This document shows, one piece after another, positions 36,104 to 46,484 of a stretch of 64,000 nt of DNA. The stretch is from positions 96,001-160,000 of the forward strand of contig JAULAX010000010.1 of assembly GCA_032654565.1 (NCBI GenBank), given 5' to 3'. The notes beneath the pieces are model-generated. The model did no database searches and had not been told where the DNA came from. It worked only from the letters and a program-made list of their open reading frames with translations. The DNA is from Anaeromyxobacteraceae bacterium. Its GTDB lineage: Bacteria; Myxococcota; Myxococcia; Myxococcales; Anaeromyxobacteraceae. The first letter of the stretch is position 1, and every line of letters starts with the position of its first letter. Made by a program: the position numbers and the translations under genes.

Positions 36104-37273
36104 ATGGACGGGCGATCGACCTCCGAGGGAGGAGTGGGCGAGGCGGGGACGGCGCTGCCGCGCGACCTGGTCAGGGCGCTGGCCTGGTCGCGAGCCCACC
36201 TCGGCGAGCCGATCAGGCTGGCCGCGCTGGCCCGGGTCGCCGGCGTTCCGCCGCGGACGCTCGAGACCCACTTCAAGCAGTTCCTGGGCCTGTCGCCGAC
36301 GGCCTGGGTCCGCGAGGCCCGCCTGGCCCAGGCCCGGCGCGCCCTGCTCTCGCCGGGGAGCCACACCACGGTCTCGAAGGTGGCGCTGGACTGCGGCTTC
36401 AGCCAGCTCGGCCGGTTCGCCGCCCAGTACGGCCGACGCTTCGAGGAGCTGCCCTCGGCGACCCTCAGGCGCATCCGGAAGGCCACGCCCGGCTCCCCCG
36501 ACGGCTTCGACGACGAGGCCATCCGCCTCGCCTGGCGCGCCTTGCCTGCCGCCTTCGCGGTGGCGCCGGGGCCCTGCACCCTGGCGCTCGAGGAGCTGGA
36601 GCAGGCGCAGGAGCTGGCGCCGGGCTACGGGCTGCCCAAGGCCATCGCCGCCTGGTGCTGGAGCCAGCGGGCCGCGCACCACTTCGGCTCGGCCCCCCAC
36701 GACGACGCTGCCCGGGCGGTGCGGCTGGCGGCCGAGGCGTGCCGCCTGGCGCCGACCGACGCCCTGGTCCTGACGCTGGCCAGCGGCGCCCTGACCCTGG
36801 CGCATCGCCTCGACGAGGCCGAGGGGGTGCTCTCCCGCGCGCTGGCGCTCGACCCGGCGTCACCCTGGGCCTGGGTGCGACGGGCCTGGGCCTCGGCCTA
36901 CGCGGGTGACTCCACCACCGCGCTCCGCCAGTTCGACACCACGCTCCACCTGATGCCCTTCGAGCCCATCCGCCACCTCGCCTTCATCGGGATCGGCTGC
37001 TCCCACTTCGTGGCCGGCCGCTACGACCGGGCCGCGCGATGGGCGCGGGCGGGCGTCGAGGCCAGCCCCGACTCCTTCTGGGGCGAGCGGGTGGTGGCCG
37101 CGTCGGCGGCGCTGGCCGGAGCGCGGGAGGAGTCACGCCGCATCGTCCGCGGGATGCTGCGACGGGACCCGGGCCTGACGGTGGGCGTGGCCCGCCGGGC
37201 GTGGCCCTTCCCCCCGAAGGTCATGGAGCGGCTGGCGGAGGGGCTCGCCAGCGCCGGCCTGCCGCGGGGCTAG
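36104..37273 (+). CDS. AraC-family regulator with C-terminal TPR domain
   Basis: N-terminal AraC HTH (VALDCGFSQLGRFAAQY..RFEELPS), then TPR-like repeats; divergent from the cupin gene. Confidence 0.8.
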   Translation: MDGRSTSEGGVGEAGTALPRDLVRALAWSRAHLGEPIRLAALARVAGVPPRTLETHFKQFLGLSPTAWVREARLAQARRALLSPGSHTTVSKVALDCGFSQLGRFAAQYGRRFEELPSATLRRIRKATPGSPDGFDDEAIRLAWRALPAAFAVAPGPCTLALEELEQAQELAPGYGLPKAIAAWCWSQRAAHHFGSAPHDDAARAVRLAAEACRLAPTDALVLTLASGALTLAHRLDEAEGVLSRALALDPASPWAWVRRAWASAYAGDSTTALRQFDTTLHLMPFEPIRHLAFIGIGCSHFVAGRYDRAARWARAGVEASPDSFWGERVVAASAALAGAREESRRIVRGMLRRDPGLTVGVARRAWPFPPKVMERLAEGLASAGLPRG

Positions 37274-37296
37274 GGCGCGGCGCACGGCCGCCGCCG

Positions 37297-38757
37297 CTAC
37301 ATCGGGTGCGGGCCGCCGTGCATCTTGGGCATCTTCATGCCCAGGAAGGAGAAGTGCTCGCGGTAGCCCTTCATCATCTCCTGGAAGGCGCTCATCATGT
37401 AGCGGCGCTTGAAGCCGTCCGGCAGCTTCATCACCTCCGGCATCTTCCTGGCGTAGAAGGTCATGTAGCACTTGCCCAGCGCCACCATGACCTCCTCGAG
37501 CGTCATGTCGTAGGGCTCGACGATGGGCGTGGCCAGGTTGTACTTGGACCAGTCGGTGACCCGGACCCGGTCCTTGAACTGCTGGTAGATGGGGGTGAAC
37601 GGCATGGGGGTCAGCACCGGGAAGACGGCGATGTCGGGGTTGACCCGGATGGCCTCGGCGATGGTGTGCTCCACCGACTTCCAGGTCTCCATGGGTCCGC
37701 CGATCATGAACGAGGCCTCGGTCATGATGTCGTGGTCGCGGGCCAGGTCGACGGCCCGCTTGTTCTGGTCGACGCTGGTCCCCTTGTTCAGGGTCACCAG
37801 CATCTCGTCGGTGCTCCCCTCGGCGCCGAGGTAGAGGTGGATGACCCCGGCCTCCCGGTACTTGGGGAGGATGGCCTCGTCGCGGATGATGTCCTCGACC
37901 CGGGTCTCCATCAGCAGCTTCACGTCCATCTTCTCGGCGATGAGCAGGTCGAGGAGCGCCTCCCAGCGGACTGGATCGTGGGTGGGGTAGGGGTCGATGA
38001 GGGTGATGAACTGGACGCCGTGCACGTCGACCAGCTGGTGCATCTCCTCGATGACGTCCTTCGGGTCGCGGGAGCGCCAGTCGCCGCGCCAGAACTGGCG
38101 ATGGCTGCAGAACGAGCAGCCCATCATGCAGCCCCGCGAGGTGAGCATGGAGGCCATGCGCCCCCAGGGCTCGATGTTGTAGTGGTAGTCGCGCCAGTCG
38201 AGCAGGTGCCAGGCCGGCTTGAGGGCGTTGAGGTCGGCGATGTGCGGGCGCAGCGGGGTGGCCACCACCCGCCCGTCCCGCTGGTAGGCGATCCCCTGCA
38301 CGGCGGCCAGGTCGCCGCCGGGGAGGGTGGCCAGCAGCTCGGGCAGCGTCTCCTCGGCCTCGCCGCAGAGCACGAAGTCGACCCGGTTGGCGGGGTCGGC
38401 GAAGATCTCGGCGTACATGAAGGTGGGGTGGGGCCCGCCGATGATGGTGACGATCTTCGGGTCGACCTCCTTGGCGATGGCCAGCGCCCGGAGGGCCGCC
38501 GGGACCGTGGCGGTGCTGATGGCGCCGGTGACCGGCAGGTAGTCGAGCGACACCACCACGTCGGGCCGGAAGCGCTCCACCTCCGCGCGGACGTCGTCGA
38601 AGGTGGTGTTCTTGTTCATGGCGTCGTAGATGCGCGCCTCGTGCCCGGTCTTCTCGACGGCGCCGGCGAGGTAGGCGAGCTGCAGCGGCGGCCAGGTGCC
38701 GATGACCTGGACACCCCAGCAGAGGTACGGCGGGCCGACAAAGAGGATCCTGCTCAC
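37297..38757 (-). CDS. Cobalamin-binding radical SAM protein
   Basis: PPLQLAYLA, IIGGPHPT, GEAE (B12 domain); TSRGCMMGCSFC. Confidence 0.88.
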   Translation of the reverse strand: MSRILFVGPPYLCWGVQVIGTWPPLQLAYLAGAVEKTGHEARIYDAMNKNTTFDDVRAEVERFRPDVVVSLDYLPVTGAISTATVPAALRALAIAKEVDPKIVTIIGGPHPTFMYAEIFADPANRVDFVLCGEAEETLPELLATLPGGDLAAVQGIAYQRDGRVVATPLRPHIADLNALKPAWHLLDWRDYHYNIEPWGRMASMLTSRGCMMGCSFCSHRQFWRGDWRSRDPKDVIEEMHQLVDVHGVQFITLIDPYPTHDPVRWEALLDLLIAEKMDVKLLMETRVEDIIRDEAILPKYREAGVIHLYLGAEGSTDEMLVTLNKGTSVDQNKRAVDLARDHDIMTEASFMIGGPMETWKSVEHTIAEAIRVNPDIAVFPVLTPMPFTPIYQQFKDRVRVTDWSKYNLATPIVEPYDMTLEEVMVALGKCYMTFYARKMPEVMKLPDGFKRRYMMSAFQEMMKGYREHFSFLGMKMPKMHGGPHPM

Positions 38758-38990
38758 GTTCCTGGTATCCGATCGCTTGGTGCGGTGGCGCTGCGGCTGA
38801 AGGTCTCGATCTAACCCGAGCCCGTGGCCACGGCCGCCTGGAAGGGCGATATTAGGGGAGGTCTGCCCCTCCAGGGAAGCGCGGCGGAGGGGAAAGGGAC
38901 CCCTCACCGGGTCAAGAGACGTTCACGGCCCGGGAGGAGCAGGCGACCCGTCGCGCTGCCACGAGCGAACCCTCAGGCGGAGGCCACGTC

Positions 38991-39752
38991 ATGTCCCACC
39001 AGCAGACCGTACTCCTCGTCGGCGGCACCGGTCGGACCGGCCGGCGGGTCCTCGCGCAGCTCCTCGCCCGCGGCGTGAGGGTCCGGGCCATCGTCCGCTC
39101 CGCCCGGGGGCTCCCGGCGGCGATCACCGGGGATCCGGGCGTGGCCCTGGTCGAGGGCAGCCTGCTCTCGCTCTCCGACCTGGAGCTGCAGGGCCAGGTC
39201 CGCGGCTGCGACGCCGTCATCTCCTGCCTCGGCCACGTCCTCACCCTCCGGGGCGTGCTGGGGCCGCCCCGCGACCTGGTCGCCAGGGCCACCACCCGGC
39301 TCTGCCGGGCGATCGAGGCGCTGCGCCCCGCCACGCCGGCCAGGTTCATCCTCATGACCAGCGTCTCGGTTCACCGTCCGGGGGGGCTCGACACCCGCCG
39401 CGGGACCTTCGAGCGGGCCTTCATGTGGCTGCTCCGGGCGCTGCTCCCGCCGGCCGGGGACAACCAGCGGGCCGCCGACTTCCTGGAGGAGCAGCTCGGG
39501 CCGGCCCACCCGTTCGTGGAGTGGGCGGTGGTCCGCCCCGACACGCTGCTGGAAGGCGAGGTCTCCAGGTACACGCTGCACGAGGGGCTGGTGAACGGCC
39601 TCTTCGCTCCCGGCCAGACCCGCATGGCCAACGCGGCCCACTTCATGTGCGAGCTGGCGACCAGCCCGGCGGCGTGGGCGGCCTGGAAGGGGAAGGAGCC
39701 GGTGATCGTCGACGCGGTCGCGCCGGACGCCGGGAGTCCCGCCCCCGCCTGA
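38991..39752 (+). CDS. NAD(P)-binding atypical SDR (flavin reductase/NmrA-like)
   Basis: VGGTGRTG, DAVISCLG, WAVVRP. Confidence 0.8.
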   Translation: MSHQQTVLLVGGTGRTGRRVLAQLLARGVRVRAIVRSARGLPAAITGDPGVALVEGSLLSLSDLELQGQVRGCDAVISCLGHVLTLRGVLGPPRDLVARATTRLCRAIEALRPATPARFILMTSVSVHRPGGLDTRRGTFERAFMWLLRALLPPAGDNQRAADFLEEQLGPAHPFVEWAVVRPDTLLEGEVSRYTLHEGLVNGLFAPGQTRMANAAHFMCELATSPAAWAAWKGKEPVIVDAVAPDAGSPAPA

Positions 39753-39882
39753 GCGCTGCCGCGGTCGCCCAGGTCCCCTGCTTCTCGAGGCGCCCGTGCG
39801 CGAGGAGCCGGTGACGGCCCGTGACCCGGCCGGGAAGTCCCGGTATCCTCCGGCCCCCAGCCCGCCCACGCCAGGAGGCGCC

Positions 39883-41523
39883 GTGAACACCGTCGGACCG
39901 TTCGACTACGTGATCGCCGGCGGCGGCACCGCCGGCTGCCTGCTGGCCAACCGGCTCTCGGCGGATCCCGGGGTCTCGGTCCTGCTGCTGGAGGCCGGCG
40001 GGAAGGACACCGGGATCTGGATCCAGATCCCGGTCGGCTACCTCTTCTGCATCGGCAACCCACGCACCGACTGGTGCTACCGGACCGAGCCCGACCCGGG
40101 GCTCAACGGCCGCACCGTCCTCTACGCCCGCGGCCGGGTGCTGGGCGGCTGCACCTCGATCAACGCCATGCTCTACATGCGTGGCCAGGCTCGCGACTAC
40201 GACGAGTGGGCCCGGCTCAGCGGCGATCCCGGCTGGTCCTGGGAGCGGGTGCTCCCCGTCTTCAAGCAGACCGAGGACCACTGGCGCGGCGCCGACGAGC
40301 TCCACGGCGCGGGGGGCGAGTGGCGGGTCGAGCACCAGCGGCTCTCCTGGGAGATCCTCGACGCCTTCCGCGAGGCCGCCGCCGAGGTGGGCATCGGGCG
40401 GATCGAGGACTTCAACCGCGGCGACAACCAGGGCAGCTCGCGCTTCGAGGTGAACCAGCGGCGCGGGGTCCGCTGGAACGCCACCAAGGCCTTCCTGCGG
40501 CCGGCGGCGGGGCGCAGGAACCTGACCGTACTCACCGGCGCGTCGGTGCGGCGGCTGCGGCTCGGGCGCGGCGCCTCGGGGGCCACCGAGGCCCAGGGGG
40601 TCGAGTTCTACCGGGGCGAGGAGGTGGTCTTCGCCGAGGCGCGGCGCGAGACCATCCTGGCGGCGGGGTCGATCGGCTCCCCCCACATCCTCCAGTTCTC
40701 CGGCGTCGGCCCGGGCGCCCACCTGCAGGCCCACGGGGTCCCGGTGCTGCACGACCTCCCCGGCGTGGGCGGCAACCTCCACGACCACCTGCAGCTGCGC
40801 ACCGCCTACAAGGTCAGGGACGTCCTCACCCTCAACACGCTGGCCAACTCCTGGTGGGGCAAGGCGAAGATGGGGCTCGAGTACGCGCTGCGGCGCACCG
40901 GGCCGCTCACCATGGCCCCCTCGCAGCTGGGCGCCTGCACCAGATCCGACCCCGGCCAGCCCACCGCCAACATCGAGTTCCACGTCCAGCCGCTCTCGCT
41001 CGACAAGTTCGGCGAGCCGCTCCACACCTTCCCCGCCTTCACGGTGAGCGTGTGCAACCTGCGGCCGACCTCGCGCGGCCACGTGCGCCTGAAGTCGCCC
41101 GACCCGCGCGCCGCGCCGGCCATCCAGCTCAACTACCTCTCCACGGCCGAGGACCAGCGCGTCGCGGTCGACTCGCTGCGGCTGGCGCGGCGGATCGTCA
41201 GCGGCACCGAGACCATGAAGCGGTACGCCCCGGAGGAGTTCGTGCCCGGCCCGGCGTTCCAGTCGGACGCCGAGCTGGTCAAGGCGGCCGGCAACGTGGG
41301 GACCACCATCTTCCACCCGGTCAGCACCTGCCGGATGGGGCGCGTCGACGACGCCGAGGCGGTGGTCGACGCCCGGCTGCGGGTGCGCGGGGTGGGGCGG
41401 CTGCGCGTCATCGACGCCTCGATCATGCCGACCATCACCTCGGGCAACACCGCCTCGCCGACGGTGATGATCGCCGAGAAGGGGGCGGCGATGGTGCTGG
41501 AGGACCAGCGGGCGAGGCGCTGA
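39883..41523 (+). CDS. GMC oxidoreductase (choline dehydrogenase-like)
   Basis: GGGTAGC, GRVLGGCTSIN, GNLHDH, FHPVSTC, GNTASPTVMIAEK. Confidence 0.92.
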   Translation: MNTVGPFDYVIAGGGTAGCLLANRLSADPGVSVLLLEAGGKDTGIWIQIPVGYLFCIGNPRTDWCYRTEPDPGLNGRTVLYARGRVLGGCTSINAMLYMRGQARDYDEWARLSGDPGWSWERVLPVFKQTEDHWRGADELHGAGGEWRVEHQRLSWEILDAFREAAAEVGIGRIEDFNRGDNQGSSRFEVNQRRGVRWNATKAFLRPAAGRRNLTVLTGASVRRLRLGRGASGATEAQGVEFYRGEEVVFAEARRETILAAGSIGSPHILQFSGVGPGAHLQAHGVPVLHDLPGVGGNLHDHLQLRTAYKVRDVLTLNTLANSWWGKAKMGLEYALRRTGPLTMAPSQLGACTRSDPGQPTANIEFHVQPLSLDKFGEPLHTFPAFTVSVCNLRPTSRGHVRLKSPDPRAAPAIQLNYLSTAEDQRVAVDSLRLARRIVSGTETMKRYAPEEFVPGPAFQSDAELVKAAGNVGTTIFHPVSTCRMGRVDDAEAVVDARLRVRGVGRLRVIDASIMPTITSGNTASPTVMIAEKGAAMVLEDQRARR

Positions 41524-41547
41524 CCGGGCCGTCGCGCCGGGGCGGCC

Positions 41548-42522
41548 TCACGTGACGAGGACGATCTTCCCCCGGGCGTGCCCCGCTCCGAGGTGGCGGA
41601 TCGCCTCGGGGGCCCGGCCCAGCGGGTAGACGGCGCCCACCACCGGCGTGACCTTCCCGGACTCCAGCAGTCCCCGCAGGACCAGCAGGTCCGCCTGGCA
41701 GGGCGCCTCGTTGCAGGTGCGGATCCGCTGCGACACCACCAGGGAGAGGAGCGGCGCCCGGACCAGCAGGACGCCGGTGCTGGCGATCCAGCGCTTGTGG
41801 AACTGGCCGCCGTTGGGCACCAGCGTCCCCTTCGGCTTCAGCACCCGCAGGAGCCGCGGGAGCGGGTGCTGGAGCACGTTGTCGAGGACCAGGTCGTAGC
41901 GGCCAGGGCGCTCGGTGAAGTCCTGCTGCGTGTAGTCGATGACCTGGTCGGCGCCGAGGGACCGGACCAGGTCGACCTTGGAGGTGCCGCACACGCCGGT
42001 CACCATCGCGCCCATGGCCCTGGCGATCTGCACGGCGAAGGTGCCGATGCCTCCGCCGGCGCCGACGACGAGCACCTCCTGGCCGGGCTTCAGCTGGCCC
42101 GCGTCGCGGAGCGCCTGGAGCGCGGTGAGCCCGGACATGGGAACGGCCGCGGCCTGCTCGAAGGTGACGTTGGCCGGCTTCGGCACCAGGTGCTGCGCGG
42201 GCGCGGCCGCGAACTCGGCGAAGGTTCCCGAGGTGCCCCGGCCGAAGACCTCGTCCCCGACGTGGAGCCCGGTCACGCTCCTTCCGACCGCCTCGACGGT
42301 GCCCGCCAGGTCGGTGCCCCGCACGCCGTGCCGGGGCCGGCGCAGCCCGAAGGCGGCGCGGACGATGTAGGGCACGCCATGGACGCCGGCCCAGTCCGGG
42401 GGGTTCACGGCGGCGGCGCGAACCCGCACCAGCACCTGGTCGTCGCCGAAGGCGGGCCTGTCGATCTCCCGGAGCGCAAGGACCTCGGGGGGGCCATAGC
42501 TGTCGTGGACCATCGCCTTCAT
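41548..42522 (-). CDS. MDR-family NAD(P)-dependent oxidoreductase (zinc-independent ADH-like)
   Basis: MKAMV..YGPPE, AAAVNPPD, GAGGGIG, ARGKIVL. Confidence 0.88.
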   Translation of the reverse strand: MKAMVHDSYGPPEVLALREIDRPAFGDDQVLVRVRAAAVNPPDWAGVHGVPYIVRAAFGLRRPRHGVRGTDLAGTVEAVGRSVTGLHVGDEVFGRGTSGTFAEFAAAPAQHLVPKPANVTFEQAAAVPMSGLTALQALRDAGQLKPGQEVLVVGAGGGIGTFAVQIARAMGAMVTGVCGTSKVDLVRSLGADQVIDYTQQDFTERPGRYDLVLDNVLQHPLPRLLRVLKPKGTLVPNGGQFHKRWIASTGVLLVRAPLLSLVVSQRIRTCNEAPCQADLLVLRGLLESGKVTPVVGAVYPLGRAPEAIRHLGAGHARGKIVLVT

Positions 42523-42633
42523 GGCGTCCTCCCGGCTGCAGAACGGCTTCGAGGTGGCCGACCGTGGAGAGGATCGCATTCCCCGCGGAGACGTCCACGA
42601 GGCAACCGAGCGCACCCACGAGCGGGCCAGGGA

Positions 42634-44022
42634 TCAGGGAGACTGCTTCAGCGCCTCCTCCGCCGGGTCGGGGCAGTCCTTCATCCCCGGATCCGCCAGC
42701 AGCAGCCGCTTGCCCCGGGTGATCCCGATGTAGTCGTTGATGAAGTTGCGCAGCTCCGCGTCGAAGACGCCGCTGTGGCCCTGGATGAGATCCTTCCCGC
42801 CGTAGGCGATGAGGAACGGGCTGTGCGGCTTGTGCCGGGCCACCAGCGGATCGAGGCGAACTCGTCCGATGGTCGGCATGTCGGAGAGGTCGAAGTTGGC
42901 GATGTCACAGGGCTGGCCCGGCGAGTCGCTGATGTAGAACCGAGCCGCGGAGGCCTGCGGCCCGGGGAGGAGCGAGATGGTGTGGGTGCGCTGCGGCTCG
43001 AACTCCCCGAGGGCGCGCGACCAGGCCGCGGACTGCTCGTCGCGGACCGGCGAGAGCAGCAGGCTGTCGACCCATCGCCCCAGGGGGAAGAACCAGTGGC
43101 GCGAGGTGTCGGTGTCTGCGGACAGGACCAGCAGCAGTGGCGGTTGCCGCCGGTCGTAGGTCAGCAGAGCGTCCAGCTTCCGGATGCGCTCGAACTGGAA
43201 GGCCTCCAGGGCCGGGTTCACCAGGACGACGATGTCGCCGAACCCCTCCAGCGGCCTGGCGAGTCGCTGGGCCGGCGCGGGTGGGCCGGGACTGCCCCTG
43301 GTCGCCTCGATCAGCTCCTTCTCCAGCGTGCTGGAGATGGCCTTGAAGAGCACCTGCGCCCCGAAGCTGTGGCCGATGCTGGCCATCCCCATGTACGGCG
43401 ACGATGGCTTCCGGTCCTGGTACCTGGAGCGGTAGATGCCGTTCAGTCGCAGCAGGAATTCACGCAGGTCACCGTCGCCGACGTGCTCGGCCGCGCTCTT
43501 CCGGTTCCAGAAGGTGGCGTAGTTGAGTGGCCCGGGGAGCGAGGCCCCGCGCCAGCCGACGTAGATCCCGAAGATGTTGGTGTCGCCGCTTCCGGTGAGG
43601 ATCTGCCTGGAGCGCCGATAGGCGCCCGGCTCGCCGCCCACGTTGTCGTCGAGCGTGGCGCGGATGGCCTGCAGGGTCCTGGCGAAGCCGACGGCGTACT
43701 CGTCGTCGGGTGCGGCGCTGTGATGCCAGCCATGGACGGCGATGACGACGATGGTGTTGGCGCCTCGCGCCGAGGCCGCGATGGCGTCGAGCGCGCGGGC
43801 CGGGACCTCGGGATCCCAGAAGGCCCCGTTGTCGTCCACCTGGATGACGAAGTCGTTGGGGTGGGTGAAGGCGCCGCCCGCCTGGCTGTAGCTCTTGTGG
43901 GCGAAGCCACAGGCGCAGAGCAGCAGCAGGAGCGGGGCGAGGTGCAGGGGGAGCGGGGCGCGCCGCCGGCACCGGCGCACCTGGCATGCGAGGTCGACGG
44001 CTGTCGCCGGACCAGCGGCCAT
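42634..44022 (-). CDS. Alpha/beta-hydrolase-like (lipo)protein
   Basis: VHGW, IGHSFGA nucleophile elbow, C-terminal GHS; LLCAC lipobox. Start uncertain. Confidence 0.65.
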   Translation of the reverse strand: MAAGPATAVDLACQVRRCRRRAPLPLHLAPLLLLLCACGFAHKSYSQAGGAFTHPNDFVIQVDDNGAFWDPEVPARALDAIAASARGANTIVVIAVHGWHHSAAPDDEYAVGFARTLQAIRATLDDNVGGEPGAYRRSRQILTGSGDTNIFGIYVGWRGASLPGPLNYATFWNRKSAAEHVGDGDLREFLLRLNGIYRSRYQDRKPSSPYMGMASIGHSFGAQVLFKAISSTLEKELIEATRGSPGPPAPAQRLARPLEGFGDIVVLVNPALEAFQFERIRKLDALLTYDRRQPPLLLVLSADTDTSRHWFFPLGRWVDSLLLSPVRDEQSAAWSRALGEFEPQRTHTISLLPGPQASAARFYISDSPGQPCDIANFDLSDMPTIGRVRLDPLVARHKPHSPFLIAYGGKDLIQGHSGVFDAELRNFINDYIGITRGKRLLLADPGMKDCPDPAEEALKQSP

Positions 44023-44205
44023 GTTCGATCTCCCGTGGGACTCACCGTCAACCTCCCGAGGAGGACAGGCAAGACCACTCCGGCCCACCCCGCGGAGGGT
44101 CACCCGGAGTGGGGTGAGTGGCCTCGGAGAAGCTCGCGCCACGCCGGTGGTGCGACGGCGTAACCACGGTTCCCCCTTTTCGTAAGGGCGGGCATGAGGT
44201 CCGCC

Positions 44206-44466
44206 ATGCCGACCAGGTCGGTCCGTCCGACGCGCCGCATTGTCCCGCTGCTCCTCGCCCTGGGATCACTCCACTCCGCAGCGTGCGGGCCCGGGGGATC
44301 CAGCGCCGATATCTCGGCCTATCCGTCGCGCCGAAGGTCGTCCGGCCGGGCCGGGGCGGGCCAAGCCAGGCGAGCCGCAGCTCGCCCGCGAAGCCGAGGC
44401 GGTAGCGCGCATCTCGCACCCGAACCAGGATCCCCCAGCATCGGCTCGGCCTGGACATGCTGCTGA
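44206..44466 (+). pseudogene. Gene remnants: lipoprotein signal fragment plus Ser/Thr kinase fragment
   Basis: RBS + ATG + signal (LLLALGSLHSAAC). LAREAEAVARISHPN (kinase subdomain III-IV-like) at 44381-44425 is in another frame. Confidence 0.4.
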
Positions 44467-44518
44467 AACCTGGCCTGTGGCAGCCCCCGCGGGGCGACCG
44501 GCGGGCGGTCCCGCGAGC

Positions 44519-45640
44519 CTAGGGAGCCTTCTCCGCCAGCACGGGGCCTGGCAAGGCGATCGGCACGGCGACCCGCCAGGCCCGGCGCTCGCCCTCGTCC
44601 ATCGCCCAGAGCGACAGCGCGAGGCCGGCGGGTGTCAGGGCCTCCGCAGGCGCGAAGAAGACCAGCCCCTCGGCCGCCTGGCCTGGCGCCAGCTTCCACT
44701 CTCCCAAGGCGCGCGCCTTGAGCGCGTCCTGCAGGTTCAGCCGCTTCCCCACCGCTCCGGACTCCGCGTCGCGGATGACCAGATCCGAGCCCATTCCCAA
44801 CTGGGCCTCGACCAGCGGCAACGACGCCGTCGAGATGGTCCGGCTCCCCGCCAGGACCAGACGGACGTCGAAGGCGCTCACGGCCAGGGCGTGGTCCCCG
44901 CCGTTCTTCATCGTGATCGCCACCGCGACCAGTCGGCTCTTGGAGAGCGGTATCGCGAAGCCGTCGCCGAGCTTGAGCGGGCCGCGCACCAGCGCCGCCT
45001 GCACCGCCAGCCCTGGCGGCGCCCCCGGCACCACCTCCGGCGCGGGCGGGAGCTGGTCCATGGCCAGGAACAGGCGCTGCACCTTCTTCGCGGCATCGTC
45101 CATGTTGTCGTCGACCCGGTCGAAGACTACGAAGTGCTCCTTCACCGGCACCTCCTTGCCGACGACAAGCCTGGAGCCGCGCGGAGCCCCGTCGGGGCCG
45201 TAGAAGTGCAGTCGGTAGCGGATGCTGTGCTCCGGCGTGTCCTTCTCAAGCCCCGCCTGGAAGGTGAACCAGTCCAGGTCCGGCTCGACGACGACCCCGC
45301 CCCCCGGGGCAGCAGGGCCAAAGGGCGGGAGGGCGTCGATGGTAGTGACCGAAGCGCACGTCTTCGCTGCGACCACATCAAGCATGGCCACGCTGCCCTG
45401 GCCGATGGCGTAGACCCACCGGTGCGAGCCCCCTCTCCGAATCGCCACCCGGTCTCTGAACTCCGGGCTGTAGTAGATGGAGACCGGCGTGGTCACTTTG
45501 GCCGGGACGTCCAACCGGTCCAGCTTCGGCTCGAGTTTCAAGTTATGGGTGAAGGTGCAACCCGTACCGAGGAGGCCCATCGCCAGCACAAGGATCCACC
45601 CCCGGCGCCCCGGCGTCCGGATGGACTGGGTGTTGAGCAT
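44519..45640 (-). CDS. Hypothetical lipoprotein
   Basis: Long ORF with LLGTGC lipobox; visibly more A/T-ending codons than host genes. Confidence 0.6.
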   Translation of the reverse strand: MLNTQSIRTPGRRGWILVLAMGLLGTGCTFTHNLKLEPKLDRLDVPAKVTTPVSIYYSPEFRDRVAIRRGGSHRWVYAIGQGSVAMLDVVAAKTCASVTTIDALPPFGPAAPGGGVVVEPDLDWFTFQAGLEKDTPEHSIRYRLHFYGPDGAPRGSRLVVGKEVPVKEHFVVFDRVDDNMDDAAKKVQRLFLAMDQLPPAPEVVPGAPPGLAVQAALVRGPLKLGDGFAIPLSKSRLVAVAITMKNGGDHALAVSAFDVRLVLAGSRTISTASLPLVEAQLGMGSDLVIRDAESGAVGKRLNLQDALKARALGEWKLAPGQAAEGLVFFAPAEALTPAGLALSLWAMDEGERRAWRVAVPIALPGPVLAEKAP

Positions 45641-45731
45641 GCGCTGGCGCAAGGTGTTCTCCCGTAGTGTGGGCTGGTGAGGGCGAAATCCTATCGACCC
45701 CGCCGTCGAGAGGCCTGACCCGTTCGCACTA

Positions 45732-45884
45732 TCACCTCCCCTGGCGCCAATGCAGGCCACTTGGTGCGGGCGGGGGTGGAGGCGTCGTGGGCGTGGAGTC
45801 GCCACCGCCCCCGCAGGCAGCGAAGGAGGCGAGGCAAGCCAGAAGTACGGTACGGGCCAGCGGACGAAGTGGGCGAGCATTCAA
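45732..45884 (-). pseudogene. Truncated lipoprotein (signal peptide and Pro linker only)
   Basis: AGGAGG RBS, TTG start, FAAC-GGGGDSTPTTPPPPP, then an early stop. Confidence 0.45.
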
Positions 45885-46007
45885 CCTCCTGAGCGGGTAC
45901 CAGGAGGAGAGGCTACGGGGTGGCGCCGGTGTGACCATGGCGACCCACAGGTACCAACTTCCCTGGAGGGCCGAAGCTGTGCGCCGGCGAGATCCTGGGA
46001 CCGCCCG

Positions 46008-46484
46008 TCACCGCTGCAGGGTGGCGACGAGCTCCTCGAGCTGGTCCCACGTCTCGGGCGTCCCGTCGGTCGACCCGGAGGCGATGGCGGCGTCGAGCGC
46101 TTCCTTGGTGGGGTGGAGGTCGCGCGTGGTCAGCAGCGTCTGGCCGTCGCGCTCCTCGAAGGTCACGGTGGTGATGGCCGCGGCGGCCTCGCCGCCTTCG
46201 TCGTTGGTCCAGGCGAGGCGCGAGCAGGGCGTCACCTCGAGGTACCTGCCGAAGAACGCCATGGTCTGCTCCCCGAAGCCGAACTCCAGCCGGTAGGTCC
46301 CGCCGACGCGGACGTCCATCTCGCAGGAGAGGAGGGTGACCGGGGCCGACTTCGGGACCCACCACCTCCTGAACAGCTCGGGCCTGGTCCACGCCTCGAA
46401 CACGAGGCGCGGGGGGGCGTCGATGGTGCGCGAGACGACCAGCTCACGCTCGGATGTCCTCTCCACCATGGTCGGGTTCTTCAT
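46008..46484 (-). CDS. SRPBCC/AHSA1-domain protein
   Basis: ELVVSRTIDAPPRLVFEAWT.PEL..RWW; DVRVGG. Confidence 0.88.
   Translation of the reverse strand: MKNPTMVERTSERELVVSRTIDAPPRLVFEAWTRPELFRRWWVPKSAPVTLLSCEMDVRVGGTYRLEFGFGEQTMAFFGRYLEVTPCSRLAWTNDEGGEAAAAITTVTFEERDGQTLLTTRDLHPTKEALDAAIASGSTDGTPETWDQLEELVATLQR

Noticed and set aside
44065..44115. Hairpin ccactccgg/ccggagtgg resembling a c-di-GMP-I riboswitch
   Set aside because: Lacks the GNRA loop and the GCAAA/receptor elements.
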